Source of the DNA: Planctomycetota bacterium | GTDB lineage: Bacteria; Planctomycetota; Phycisphaerae; Phycisphaerales; UBA1924 | Direction: 5' to 3' | Assembly (NCBI GenBank): GCA_039033175.1 | Contig: JBCCDD010000007.1 | Location: forward strand, 59,817 to 123,816 | Length of the DNA: 64,000 nucleotides | Shown here: positions 19,623-31,171 of the stretch, in pieces | How the letters are laid out: each line of letters opens with the position of its first letter | Numbering within the stretch: position 1 is the stretch's first letter | Made by a program: the position numbers and the translations under genes | Notes under the pieces: generated by a model | Seen by the model: the letters and a program-made list of their open reading frames with translations, nothing else | Databases searched by the model: none | What the model was told of the DNA's origin: nothing

Positions 19623-20540
19623 ATGGCCGAGCGTTCGCACCGTCCCATCCCGCTCGCGGTGATCGTGTTCAGCCTGCTGGTCGCCGGCGGGCTGCTGTTC
19701 GCCACGGTCCGGAGCCTGAGCGAGGAGATCGCGCCGACCGAGGCGGGCGCGTTGCCCGCGTTGCACGCCGCCGCGGCCGCGGGCGATGCGCAGCGCGTGC
19801 TCGAGCTGCTCGGTCGCGACGCCGACGTCAACCAGGGCCTCGAGTCGACCCGCCTGAGCGAGTCGGGCAAGACCCCCCTGCTGCTGGCGATCGAGAACCG
19901 CCACGCGCAGGCCGCGCGGGCGCTGATCGAGGGCGGGGCCGACACCAACAAACGCGCCGGCGACAGCCAGACGGCGTTGATCTCGGCCGCGGCCTGGGGC
20001 GACCCGGAGATCGTCTCGGCGCTGCTCGACAAGGGTGCACGCGTCGACGCTCGCAACGGCGACAACTGGACCGCGCTGATGATGGCATCGGGGCGCGGGC
20101 ACACCGAGGCCGTCGAGGCGTTGCTCGCCGCGGGCGCGCGGGTCGACGAGCGCAACAAGTGGGGCCAGACGGCGCTGATGCTCGCGGCCTTCCCCAACGA
20201 CGAGGCCGTGCTGAGCGCGCTGATCGAGGCGGGTGCCGACGCGAACATCGCCGACAACGAGGGGCGCACGTCGCTGCGCATCGCGGCGAGCAACGATGCG
20301 TCGCCCGCGCTGATCGCGCTGCTGCTCGAGGCCGACGCCGATGTCGATCTCGCCGACGCCGACGGCGTTACGCCCCTGATGGCCGCGTGCGACGCGGGCA
20401 ACACGCCCGTCGTCGCGGCGCTGCTCGCCTCGGGCGCCGACGCCTCGCTCGCCGACCGCGCCGGACGCACCGCTCGAGACTGGGCCCTGGCCCGCAACGA
20501 CGACCGCGGCACCGAGATCGCCCAGCTGTTGCCGGAGTGA
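19623..20540 (+). CDS. Ankyrin-repeat protein with an N-terminal membrane anchor or signal
   Basis: Five or more ANK repeats (TPLLLAIENRHAQAARALIEGGAD..., WTALMMASGRGHTEAVEALLAAGA...). Hydrophobic N-terminus IPLAVIVFSLLVAGGLLFA. Confidence 0.8.
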   Translation: MAERSHRPIPLAVIVFSLLVAGGLLFATVRSLSEEIAPTEAGALPALHAAAAAGDAQRVLELLGRDADVNQGLESTRLSESGKTPLLLAIENRHAQAARALIEGGADTNKRAGDSQTALISAAAWGDPEIVSALLDKGARVDARNGDNWTALMMASGRGHTEAVEALLAAGARVDERNKWGQTALMLAAFPNDEAVLSALIEAGADANIADNEGRTSLRIAASNDASPALIALLLEADADVDLADADGVTPLMAACDAGNTPVVAALLASGADASLADRAGRTARDWALARNDDRGTEIAQLLPE

Positions 20541-20816
20541 ACCGCTCGGGGAAAGGCTTGCCTTTGGAAGGCAACGCGGGCGACTCATCCACGATGCATC
20601 AACAGCCGGCGCAGTTCCTGCCGTCCGAGAACGCGAGAGTGCATCCGTCCGCCCCACCACCCTCGCCCCGAGAGGTGTTGAGCGTGTAGGCTAACGGCCC
20701 GCGGTCGATCGCAAGGCCCGAAGCAACCGGACGCAGCGGGCAGAACGCCGCAGCAGAATCAGACGACGCAGGCAGGCAACGCGGACAACCCCGCGCGAAG
20801 CAGAGGCACGCGACCC

Positions 20817-21332
20817 ATGGCATCCGTCCCGCCCTCCATCCCGTTCCCCGCCGCCGCGGCGAGGGCGTATCAGAGCACGGGCCCCGCGCGCCCCCCGAGC
20901 AACACGCCACCCCAGACCGACCCGATCGCTCGCATCGGGAGCGGGCCCGCCACACCCGCCACGACCAAACCCGCGCCCGCCGACACGTTCGAGGTGGGTC
21001 GCACGGCAGCCACACCGTCGACGAGTCCATCGGCGGACCGGGCTGCGGACCGGGCTGCGGATCGGGCCGCGGACCGGGCCGCGGACATGGCGGCCCGCTT
21101 GAAAGAGCTCGTCGGCGCCCGCGTCCCCGCGCCGGCCGATCTGCCGGTTGATCTGCGTGACGCCGATCTGATCACCCAGTCGCTCGCGGTCAAGGGCGAC
21201 CGCGGCGCAGCCGCGCCCGAGGCACCATCCGCCATTGATGGCGGCGCGATGCCGATCTACCGCCATCCGGCCGATCGCAACACCGCAGCCACCGGTGTCG
21301 AGGTCGGTCGACGGCTCGACCTCTCGGTGTAA
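20817..21332 (+). CDS. Hypothetical Pro/Ala-rich protein carrying an (ADRA)n repeat
   Basis: 171 aa. An in-frame 12-nt tandem repeat encodes ADRAADRAADRAADRAAD. I found no recognisable domain. Confidence 0.45.
   Translation: MASVPPSIPFPAAAARAYQSTGPARPPSNTPPQTDPIARIGSGPATPATTKPAPADTFEVGRTAATPSTSPSADRAADRAADRAADRAADMAARLKELVGARVPAPADLPVDLRDADLITQSLAVKGDRGAAAPEAPSAIDGGAMPIYRHPADRNTAATGVEVGRRLDLSV
21033..21086 (+). repeat. In-frame 12-nt tandem repeat gcggaccgggct x4.5 encoding (ADRA)n
   Basis: Read directly: gcggaccgggct gcggaccgggct gcggatcgggcc gcggaccgggcc gcggac. Confidence 0.85.
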
Positions 21333-21334
21333 AC

Positions 21335-22687
21335 GTGAGCACACTCGACACACTGCGCGACGCGACGCCCGGATCGCTGCCCGCGCCGTCGCCGGCGTCG
21401 CGTCACTGGCGGCTCGACGAGCGGATCGTCTACCTCAACCACGGCTCGTTCGGCGCGTGCCCCGTGCCCGTCCAGCGAGCGCAGCAGGCGCACCGCGACC
21501 GGATGGAGGAGGAGGCCGTCAGCTTCTTCTGCGACGAACTGTTCACCCGCCTCGACCGCACGCGCGACGCGATCGCGGGGCTCATCGGCGGGCGCCCGCA
21601 GGACTACGTCTTCCTGCCCAACGCGACCAGCGCCGTCGCGACGATCATGGACAACTGCGCCAAGGGCATCGGCCTGGCCGACCCGCGCCCGCTTGGCCCG
21701 GGCGACGAGATCCTCGTCAACGACCACGAGTACCCGGCGTGCCTCAACATCGTCGAGCGCACCGCCGAGGCGACCGGCGCAACGGTCGTCAAGGTCGCGC
21801 TGCCGACGATCCCCGCCCCCGGCGAGCCCAAGGTGAGCGCCGACCTGATCTGCGAGATGCTGCTGGGGGCCGTGACCGAGCGCACGCGCCTGTGCATGCT
21901 CAGCCACATCACCAGCCCCTCGGGCATCATCATGCCGGTCGACCGCCTCGTCCCCGACCTGCGCGAGCGGGGCGTCGAGACACTGCTCGACGGCGCGCAC
22001 GGGCCGGGCGCGATCGAGTTCGATATCGAGGCGCTCGGGGCGGCGTTCTACACCGCCAACTGCCACAAGTGGCTGTGCGCGCCCAAGGGCGCCGCGTTGC
22101 TCTGGGTGCGCGACGACGTCGCCCCGCGCTTCCGCCCGATGGTCTTCAGCAACTACGCCTGCGCACCCTGCGGCACCAAGCGCCGCTCGCACTTCAACCT
22201 CGAGTTCGACTACCTGGGCACCGACGACTACACCGCTCGCCTCGCGGTCGCCGACGCGATCGACATCGTGCCCACACTCGGCGAGGGCGTGATCGACGAG
22301 CCGACCTGGCCCGCGGTGATGAAGCACAACCGCGACCTCGTCATGCGGGGGCGCGACATCGTCTGCGACATGCTGGGCGTCGAGCCGCCGGTCGAAGACG
22401 ACCTCATCGGCCCGCTGGCGATGGTCCCGCTGCCGCGGGTGGGCGACGACCGCTGGGAGCTGCTCCGCAACCGCCCCTCGATCTACGCCGACGCGCTGCA
22501 GGACCGCCTGGTCGAGCGGTACCGCGTGCAGGTGCCGGTGTGGCTGCCTTGCGCACAGATGGGCGGGGGCATGACCGACGGGCGGCGCTTCGTCCGCCTG
22601 AGCGCACAGCTCTACAACAGCGAGGCCCAGTACGAGCTGCTCGGGCGGGCGCTGGTCGAAGAGATCAAGCACGAACGGGGCGGCTGA
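21335..22687 (+). CDS. Aminotransferase class V-fold PLP-dependent enzyme (isopenicillin-N-epimerase / cysteine-desulfurase-like)
   Basis: YLNHGSFGACP at the N-terminus and ...HKWLCAPKGAA... (PLP lysine region). 450 aa. Confidence 0.75.
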   Translation: MSTLDTLRDATPGSLPAPSPASRHWRLDERIVYLNHGSFGACPVPVQRAQQAHRDRMEEEAVSFFCDELFTRLDRTRDAIAGLIGGRPQDYVFLPNATSAVATIMDNCAKGIGLADPRPLGPGDEILVNDHEYPACLNIVERTAEATGATVVKVALPTIPAPGEPKVSADLICEMLLGAVTERTRLCMLSHITSPSGIIMPVDRLVPDLRERGVETLLDGAHGPGAIEFDIEALGAAFYTANCHKWLCAPKGAALLWVRDDVAPRFRPMVFSNYACAPCGTKRRSHFNLEFDYLGTDDYTARLAVADAIDIVPTLGEGVIDEPTWPAVMKHNRDLVMRGRDIVCDMLGVEPPVEDDLIGPLAMVPLPRVGDDRWELLRNRPSIYADALQDRLVERYRVQVPVWLPCAQMGGGMTDGRRFVRLSAQLYNSEAQYELLGRALVEEIKHERGG

Positions 22688-22761
22688 ACGCCAACCTGAG
22701 GCGCGCGGGCGGCACAGCGCCGCGCGCGAGGCACAGGGCCGCGGCTCACGCCACCCCGCTC

Positions 22762-24291
22762 TCAAGCCATCCCGTACGCCGGCTTGACGCGTGACGCGAG
22801 ATGGCGCATCAGCGGCTCGGCCTCGAGCGGCTTGCCCGTGATGCGCTCGCACAGCTCGCCCGCGCTGTAGCGCCGCCCGTGCGCATGGATGTGCTCGCGC
22901 AGGAACCCGAGCAGCTCACCGAACGAGCCGCGTTCGATCTGGGCGTCGAGCGTGGGGATGCGCTCGCGGATGGTCTCCCAGATCTGGGCCGCGTAGAGGT
23001 TGCCCAGGGCGTAGGTCGGGAAGTAGCCCATGAGCCCGAAGCTCCAGTGGACGTCCTGCAGGCAGCCGCGCGCGTCGTCGGGCACCTCGACACCCAGCAT
23101 CTCTTGCATCAGTCGGTTCCACTCGCTGGGCAGGTCGGCGACCTCGAGCTCGCCCCGCATCATGGCGCGTTCGAGCGTGAACCGCAGCATGACGTGCAGG
23201 TTGTACGTCGCCTCGTCGGATTCGACGCGGATGAGCGAGGGCGTCGCCGTGTTGACCGCCGCGGTCATGTGCTCGACGCTCACGCCGCCCAGCGCACCGC
23301 CGAACAGGTCCTTGGCGATCGGCATCGCCCAGGTCCAGAACTGGCTGCTGCGCCCGACGAAGTTTTCCCACAGCCGGCTCTGGCTCTCGTGGATGCCCAG
23401 GCTCACCGACTCGGCCAGCGGCGTGCCGAACAGCTCGCCCCCCTTGGGCAGGCCCTGCTCGTACAGCCCGTGCCCGCCCTCGTGCATGGTCGAGTAGAGC
23501 GCGTCGCTGAAGTGCTGCTCGCGGTACCGGGTGGTCAGGCGTGTGTCGCCGGGCGCCATGCCCGAGCAGAACGGGTGCGTGGTCGTGTCGAGCCGCCCCG
23601 CGTTCAGGTCGAACCCGATCACGTCGAGCACGCGGATGCCGAACGCGTGCTGCGCGCCTTCGCCGATCCTGGTGCCGAGCACCTTGGTATCGGGCGGCGT
23701 GCCGTTGTCGCGCACCTCGGCGATGAAGGCGCTCAGCCGCTCGCGCAGCGGCTCGAAGACCCCCGCGATCTCGCTCGCCCGCGCGCCCGGCTCGTACTCG
23801 TTGAGCAGCGCGTCGTACGCCTCGCCGCCCTCGGGTGTGCCGTAGCACTGAGCCTTGCGGCGCGCGAGTTCGACCATCTTTTCCAGCCAGGGGCGGAAGG
23901 CCTGGAAATCGTTGCCCTCGCGCGCGTGCTTCCACGCCTCTTGGGCCAGGCTCCCGGTCTGCGCCAGCTCGGCGACCAACTCGCCCGGCAGCTTGGTCGC
24001 GAGGTCGTAGTCCCGGCGCATCTCGCGGAGGCTCGCGCCCGTCGGGGTCGATGCATCACCCAGCGCCCGGTCTTGCGCGCACGCGTCGAGCAGCTCGCCC
24101 ACGCGCGGGCTGGTCGCACGCTCGTGCACCAGCTTGGCGAGCACCGCCGACTGTTCGGCCCGGAAATCGGCGCCCCCCGCGGGCATGTATGTTTCCTGGT
24201 CCCAGCCCACCAGCGCACTGACCGATCCGAGCGTCGCCTGCTCGCGCTTGAGCTTGACGAGTTCGGCGTACGAAGCCTGCGTGTCTGCCAT
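22762..24291 (-). CDS. M32 carboxypeptidase (carboxypeptidase Taq family)
   Basis: HEGGHGLYEQG (HExxH), DxRxT-like upstream motifs, 509 aa. Confidence 0.85.
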   Translation of the reverse strand: MADTQASYAELVKLKREQATLGSVSALVGWDQETYMPAGGADFRAEQSAVLAKLVHERATSPRVGELLDACAQDRALGDASTPTGASLREMRRDYDLATKLPGELVAELAQTGSLAQEAWKHAREGNDFQAFRPWLEKMVELARRKAQCYGTPEGGEAYDALLNEYEPGARASEIAGVFEPLRERLSAFIAEVRDNGTPPDTKVLGTRIGEGAQHAFGIRVLDVIGFDLNAGRLDTTTHPFCSGMAPGDTRLTTRYREQHFSDALYSTMHEGGHGLYEQGLPKGGELFGTPLAESVSLGIHESQSRLWENFVGRSSQFWTWAMPIAKDLFGGALGGVSVEHMTAAVNTATPSLIRVESDEATYNLHVMLRFTLERAMMRGELEVADLPSEWNRLMQEMLGVEVPDDARGCLQDVHWSFGLMGYFPTYALGNLYAAQIWETIRERIPTLDAQIERGSFGELLGFLREHIHAHGRRYSAGELCERITGKPLEAEPLMRHLASRVKPAYGMA

Positions 24292-24315
24292 CTGCCGTGT
24301 TTCCCTTCTCGCGCG

Positions 24316-25588
24316 TCAATCGAGCGCGTGCCGCAGCGCGATGACGGCGTACGCCGTGATCAGCACCGGGTCGTCTTCCATCCATCGCGACGCCTGCGGC
24401 GCGAAGCTCCCGTCATCCTGCTGCAACCCCTCGAGGCGATCCACCAGATCGGCCCGCCAGTCTCGCCCGGCGATCTCGTGCTCGCCGAACGCGTCGAGCG
24501 CGCGGCTCAGCGTGATGAAGTAGTAGTAAAGCCCCTGCATCCCCATGCCGGGGTTCTCGTCCAGCGTGTAGTGCGCCTCGGCCCACGCCCGTGCGCCCAC
24601 GACCCGCGGGTCGTCTCGCGGCAGATCGGCAAACAGCAGGCTCTTGAACCCCGCGTAGCTCATGCTGCCGTACGCGCGCAGGCGCCTGGCCCGCGTCCCG
24701 TCGGTCAGGGTTTCTTCGATCTCGCCCGCGTAGCTCTGCCCGGGGATCGCGTCGATCGACTCGGCGTTGGGCACCGTCGCGTAGATGAACCCGCCCTGCG
24801 TGCTGCCGTCGGCGTAGTCCATCTCGTTCACGTCGCCCAGCATCTGCACGCGGCGCAGGAAGACCAGCGCCCGCTCGAACGCCGGGTCCTCGGCCGAGAC
24901 GCCCGCGTCGTGCAAGCCCTGCAGGAAGATGCTCAGGTTGCTCAGGTCCGGGCGCCCGTGGCGCCCGTACCCGACGCCGCCGTAGTACGGATGATCCAGC
25001 GGCACCGGCTCGTTGAAGTCCGGCGCTTCGGCTCCGCCCGTGCTGCCCTCGTGGTATTGCAAGCCCCGCATAAACGCGACCCCCGCGCGCACGCCGCTCG
25101 CGGCCTCGGGCGATCGCACCAGGCTGAGCATCGAGACGCAGATCGCGGTGTTGTAGCTGGGCAGGACGCCGGCGTGGATGCCGCCGTCTGGCTGCGTGAA
25201 GCCCAGCACGTAGTCGATGCCGCGCGCGACCTGCGGGTCGCGCTGATCGATCCGCGGGTCCATCAGCATGCCGGTGAGCACGAGCGCGCTGATCGCGGGG
25301 AAGTTGGGCCCATCTGGATTGTGACGCCAACCGCCCAGCTCGCCCTGCTGCGCGCGCAAGTACGCGACCGCGCGATCGCTCACCGAGCGCCCGCGGGCGC
25401 GCCAGTCGGCTTGCGCGTGCGCCTCGCGCTCGGCGTCTTGAGCGATGCGCACCAGCTCGATGACCTCGCCCGGCAGCGGATCGGGCCTCGGCACAGGCTG
25501 AGGACTGGGCAGAGGGCTGGGCTGAGGACCGGGCTGGGCGAAGAGGGTCGCCGGCGCGAGCGCCGCCGCGATCAGGATTGCGTGCATG
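24316..25588 (-). CDS. Secreted prenyltransferase/squalene-oxidase-repeat protein (terpenoid-cyclase-like alpha/alpha toroid)
   Basis: Signal peptide MHAILIAAALAPATLFAQ, a Pro-rich linker, then repeated QxxDGGW/GG-type motifs (QQGELGGWRHN, QPDGGIH, QQDDGSF). Start is set at the internal ATG at 25588. Confidence 0.65.
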
Positions 25589-25592
25589 CCGA

Positions 25593-26363
25593 TCACTCCT
25601 TTATCACCGCGCCAGCATCGCCCCGCGCCGCGTGCGCCATCACGAGGGCGGTGCCAACGACGGCCGCCGTCTCGAGCCGGAGCACATGCGGCCCCGCGCA
25701 CACCATCGTTGACACGGCGAGGCTCGCACGCTCGCCCTCGCTCCACCCGCCCTCGGGCCCAACCAGCACCCGGATGCAGTCGCCGCGCCCCAGCACGCCG
25801 GGCGCATCGCCCGCGGCATCGAGCACCAGCAGCTCGGCCTTTCCCGCACCCGACCCGACATCGAGCGCCGCATGAAGGTCGCCTGGGTCCTTGACCCCCA
25901 TGATCCAGGCCCGGCCGCACTGCTTCGCGGATTCGCGAGCGACCCGCCTGAGCTTGTCGAACTGGGCCGGCGTAGGGGCGCGCTGGGCCCGCTCGGTCCG
26001 CATGGGGACCCAGGCCGACGCCCCGCACTGGCTGAGCTGTTCGACGAGTCCCGCCGCCCGATCGACGCCCGGCATCGGGCACCAGACCTCAACCGCAGGC
26101 CGAACCACCGGGGCCTTGTGTACCTGGCCCTCCAGGCGGACCACTACTTCAGGGTGCTGTCGACTGCCCGCCAGGCGCGCCACACGCCCGGTCGCGACCA
26201 GACCGGCACCATCAAAAACCTCGACCGGCTCGCCCGCCTCAAGCCGCTTGACGCGCGCGGCGTGGCGGGCCTCCTCGCCCACGACCACGATCTCATCGCC
26301 CGTGCCGAGCCCGGGCGAGAGGTCATCGAACAGAAACCGGTGCGCGGCGCGAGTCGAGTGCAT
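25593..26363 (-). CDS. rsmE: 16S rRNA (uracil1498-N3)-methyltransferase RsmE
   Basis: An N-terminal PUA-like region (HRFLFDDL..., RVKRLEAGEPVEVFDGAG) and a C-terminal SPOUT domain (VLVGPEGGWSEGE). Confidence 0.8.
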   Translation of the reverse strand: MHSTRAAHRFLFDDLSPGLGTGDEIVVVGEEARHAARVKRLEAGEPVEVFDGAGLVATGRVARLAGSRQHPEVVVRLEGQVHKAPVVRPAVEVWCPMPGVDRAAGLVEQLSQCGASAWVPMRTERAQRAPTPAQFDKLRRVARESAKQCGRAWIMGVKDPGDLHAALDVGSGAGKAELLVLDAAGDAPGVLGRGDCIRVLVGPEGGWSEGERASLAVSTMVCAGPHVLRLETAAVVGTALVMAHAARGDAGAVIKE

Positions 26364-26443
26364 ACTGCGGCATCCCCGACGCCCCCGACACCGGGGCGAA
26401 GATCGCACAGGATACCGGCGGTCTGTCTTGAGTTCGATCCGGC

Positions 26444-28027
26444 GTGGTCCGATCATCGATCCGAAGCCCTATGCCAGAGCCCGAAGCGCACCATCTCGAT
26501 GAGCTCGAAGAGCTCGACGCTCGGATCGCCGACCTGCTGTCGGATATCGAGGATGAGTGCGCGCGCATCGAGGAATCGCACGAGCCGGTCAAGCCCGCCG
26601 GCCCGACGATCGAGACGCTGATCGCCCAAGGCGCCGCCCTGACCGACGACGGCGCCGACGACAACAGCGCCGACGACAGCGCCGACCAGGGCGCCGACGA
26701 GGTCGCCGGCGTTGTCGAGCCAGAGCCCAAGCCAGAGCCCGAGCACGAGCACGCGGACGCGGACGCCGACGAGACACCCACGCTCGACGACGACATCATC
26801 GATGACTTTGAAGCCGGCTTCGATGATGCATCGCCCGAGCTCCCCGAGCCGTCGGCATCAACAACCGATGCCGCGTCGGCGAGCGACACCGAAGAGCTCG
26901 ACGAGTTGCTCGAGTCGGCGATCACCGAAGCCGAGCAGGTCGCCGGCGAGGACCCGGTCGAAGACAGCGAGGCGGGGTTGCAGGCCGCGCCGCAGAGCGA
27001 AACGCAAACCGCGACGCTCGATCAAGAAGAGCTCGTGGCGCTCGGCGAGGACGCCGAGGCTGACACTGCTGATCCCGCTGATGGAACAAGCGAAGCCGCT
27101 GCCGCCGCCGACGACAAACGCGACGACGCCGACGAAGCCGACGACATCGGCACTGACGCGGTCTCCGCATCGCTCGACGCCGTCGAGGACCTCGACCGCT
27201 CGCTCGCGGCCCTGACCGAAGAACTGCTCGACGAGGACAACTGGGGCGACCCGACCGCCGGTCGGCCTGTTGAAGACGCCGCCGAGCAACCCGCGAGCGA
27301 GCGCACGCCAGAGGACGCGGCTCCGCAAGCGCGCGAGCCAGAGCCCGCGAACGCTGCCGCTCCGCCACCTGCGCCCACCGATGCAGGCGACGACGCGCCG
27401 ATGCAGTACCCCGCGACCGGCGATGGGCCGCCCGTCACCCAGGCCGCGTCCGAGCCGGCACCCAAGCCCGCGCCCGAGCCACGACCCGCGGCAACACCTG
27501 CGGAGCCGCCCGCGGTTGCCGCGTCCGCCGATCCCCCCGCCGCCAGCCCGGCCATCTCGACCGACCCATCAGATGAGCAGAGCACCCCCGAAGATCCCGC
27601 GCCAGGCGCCGCGTGGGCGCGTGCACGGGCGCGTGCATCTGAAGCGATCGCGCAGACCCGCGAGGGCTGGCCCGAGCAGAAGCCGGGCAAGCGGGCGAAG
27701 CTCGCCGGCGCCGGCGCGCTGGGTCTGTTGCACGCCGCGTGGATTCTGCTCGAGCCCGTGCGCCGGGCCGCGGGTCCGGCGGGCGCGCGGATCGCGACCG
27801 ATGCCAGAGCCGCCGCGGGCCCCGCGGCGCTCACGCTCGCCGGCCTGATCAGCAAGCCGCTCGCCGGTCGCCCGGCCTTGTCCAAGGCCGCGGGCTACCT
27901 CGCGGGGTACACGTTCTTCCTCGCGTTCTGCGTGCTGATGTGGGCGTTGTTTTTCCGGGCGCCCGACGCGCCCGTCTCGGGCACCACGCCGACGAAGCTG
28001 AGCGCCGAGCCGGCGCTCGCCGACTGA
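26444..28027 (+). CDS. Highly acidic, low-complexity tail-anchored membrane protein (hypothetical)
   Basis: About 450 aa of D/E/A/P-rich disorder, then a single C-terminal TM AGYTFFLAFCVLMWALFF. Confidence 0.5.
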   Translation: MVRSSIRSPMPEPEAHHLDELEELDARIADLLSDIEDECARIEESHEPVKPAGPTIETLIAQGAALTDDGADDNSADDSADQGADEVAGVVEPEPKPEPEHEHADADADETPTLDDDIIDDFEAGFDDASPELPEPSASTTDAASASDTEELDELLESAITEAEQVAGEDPVEDSEAGLQAAPQSETQTATLDQEELVALGEDAEADTADPADGTSEAAAAADDKRDDADEADDIGTDAVSASLDAVEDLDRSLAALTEELLDEDNWGDPTAGRPVEDAAEQPASERTPEDAAPQAREPEPANAAAPPPAPTDAGDDAPMQYPATGDGPPVTQAASEPAPKPAPEPRPAATPAEPPAVAASADPPAASPAISTDPSDEQSTPEDPAPGAAWARARARASEAIAQTREGWPEQKPGKRAKLAGAGALGLLHAAWILLEPVRRAAGPAGARIATDARAAAGPAALTLAGLISKPLAGRPALSKAAGYLAGYTFFLAFCVLMWALFFRAPDAPVSGTTPTKLSAEPALAD

Positions 28028-28036
28028 GGTCGACCT

Positions 28037-29113
28037 TCAGTCACGCTCGATCAGCCAGGCACGCCACGCGCCGTCGAGACGATCGAAGCCCAGACCCAGC
28101 GCCCGCTCGCACGCGACGTCGAGGCCCGTGCCCTGCGCGAGCGCACGCACCCACGCGTGCAACGCATCGACCCCGCGCGTGCGCTCGATGAACGACACCA
28201 TCGACAGGCCCTGCGCATAGATCCGCGCCCCGCGCCCGCCGATCGAGAGCGGGTCGCGATCGAGCGCGTCCCAGGGCTCGAGCGTCGCGTCTCGCAGCCA
28301 GATCGCGCACAGCTCGTGCGCACGATCGGCCCGCGCGCTGACGCGATCGGCGGCGAGCTCGCCCAGGCCCTCGGTCGCCCAACGCGGGAGGCGCTCGCCC
28401 GCGGCGCCGAGCGCAAACTGCGCGGCGTGGGCCGCCTCGTGCGCGAGCACCGGGATCATCGCCTCGACGCCGCCCGGCGTTATCGCCAGGCGGATCGTCT
28501 CGCCCCGCTCGTGCCAGCCGAGCACGGGTGACGCGTCGTCGTGCGCGATGGGGATGCTCAGCGCGAGGGCGGCGGGGTCCGGATAGATCGATGCCGAGAG
28601 GGCGCCGGGAACCGGCGCGCCGATCACCCCGGCCGCCGCGGCACGCGCTTCTGCCCAGCGGGCCTCGACCTGTGCGCACACGTGCGCATCGACGCCCGCG
28701 CCGCGGACGCGCAACCGATCGGACGTTGGTGCTGCCTCGCCGCTCGGCGAGACCCAGCCGCCCCATGCCGTCTGCCCGCGACCCCACGCCCGCGCCACGA
28801 CCCACGCCGATCGATCAGCACGGTACACACGCTCGCCCCACGCAACGTGCACACCGACCGACACCCGCTGGCCCGCGACCGACCGGAGCGTCAACTCAAA
28901 CACGTCGGGCGGATCGGCGGCGACCCGGATCGCCCATCGCTCGTGTTCGAGTCGCAACGCATGGTCCTCGATCTCGGCCAGCGCGATCAACCGCCCGGCA
29001 TCGCGAGCGAGGACGGCCCGCTCGATGTCGTCGAGCAGCGCGGCCGGGCTCGATGCGGCGCACGCCACGGCACTCAGACTCAGAGCGCATACCACCACGC
29101 CGAGCAACGTCAG
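28037..29113 (-). CDS. Secreted HExxH zinc-metallopeptidase-like protein (hypothetical)
   Basis: HEAAHAAQF ... ATEGLGE (HExxH plus a downstream Glu, a gluzincin-like arrangement). A signal-like LTLLGVVVCALSLSAVACAASS follows the proposed non-ATG start. Upstream ORF sequence overlaps the next gene. Confidence 0.5.
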   Translation of the reverse strand: MTLLGVVVCALSLSAVACAASSPAALLDDIERAVLARDAGRLIALAEIEDHALRLEHERWAIRVAADPPDVFELTLRSVAGQRVSVGVHVAWGERVYRADRSAWVVARAWGRGQTAWGGWVSPSGEAAPTSDRLRVRGAGVDAHVCAQVEARWAEARAAAAGVIGAPVPGALSASIYPDPAALALSIPIAHDDASPVLGWHERGETIRLAITPGGVEAMIPVLAHEAAHAAQFALGAAGERLPRWATEGLGELAADRVSARADRAHELCAIWLRDATLEPWDALDRDPLSIGGRGARIYAQGLSMVSFIERTRGVDALHAWVRALAQGTGLDVACERALGLGFDRLDGAWRAWLIERD

Positions 29114-29535
29114 CCCTGCCCGGCATCGAAGCCGCGCTCGTACTCGAGATCGAAGTCGCAATCGGCGTACGCGGTGATCGCCGCGTAGCGGTCGATATCG
29201 CGACTCAGGCTGCGCTCGCCGAGCTGCGCGAGGTCTTCGGCGTTGAGTTCTCGCTCCTCGGATATCGCGCGGAGGCGGCGGATGAGGCCCCAGTCCGACT
29301 CGCCCACCGAATGCCACTCGCGGTAGTAGAGCACCGCGGCATTGCGCCCGCCGGGCTGCTGCGCTTCAGCACGGACCATCTCGACCGCGCGGGGGTACAG
29401 CCAGTCCGCCGGCTCGGCCTGCACGCCCCAGCGCACACCGAGCCATGCGCCGATGCCGAATGCACCGAAGACCGCCGGCGTGGTCACGCCGAGCCAGATC
29501 AAGCCGCGCATCCGCCAACGCCGTTCGCTCGCCAT
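29110..29535 (-). CDS. Small membrane protein (hypothetical)
   Basis: 141 aa with one TM (LIWLGVTTPAVFGAFGIGAWLGV). It sits between asnS and the HExxH gene with 24-nt and 4-nt junctions, which suggests an operon. Confidence 0.45.
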   Translation of the reverse strand: MASERRWRMRGLIWLGVTTPAVFGAFGIGAWLGVRWGVQAEPADWLYPRAVEMVRAEAQQPGGRNAAVLYYREWHSVGESDWGLIRRLRAISEERELNAEDLAQLGERSLSRDIDRYAAITAYADCDFDLEYERGFDAGQG

Positions 29536-29558
29536 CGCGTAGCCCTCCGTTCATCCGG

Positions 29559-30971
<1,413 letters not shown>

Positions 30972-31171
30972 GTTGCTGCTCTCCCGATCGCCCGCGATCG
31001 CCCGGCGATTCCGGACGCGGGGGGATCGTACGCGCCCCCCGAAACCCGCACGATCCGCCCGGGTTGCGCGGGGCTTTGGGGCGGGCCGGGGCGGTTGACG
31101 ACCTAGCATCGGTCGCGTCGCGTGCCCGCCGAGATCGGATCGGGTTGTCGCTTCGCACGGAGGGCGCACGC

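Noticed and set aside
20817-21332. Considered calling the (ADRA)n protein an anti-sigma-28 factor FlgM.
   Set aside because: The only support is its small size and a weakly helical C-terminus. There are no flagellar genes nearby and no recognisable FlgM motif.
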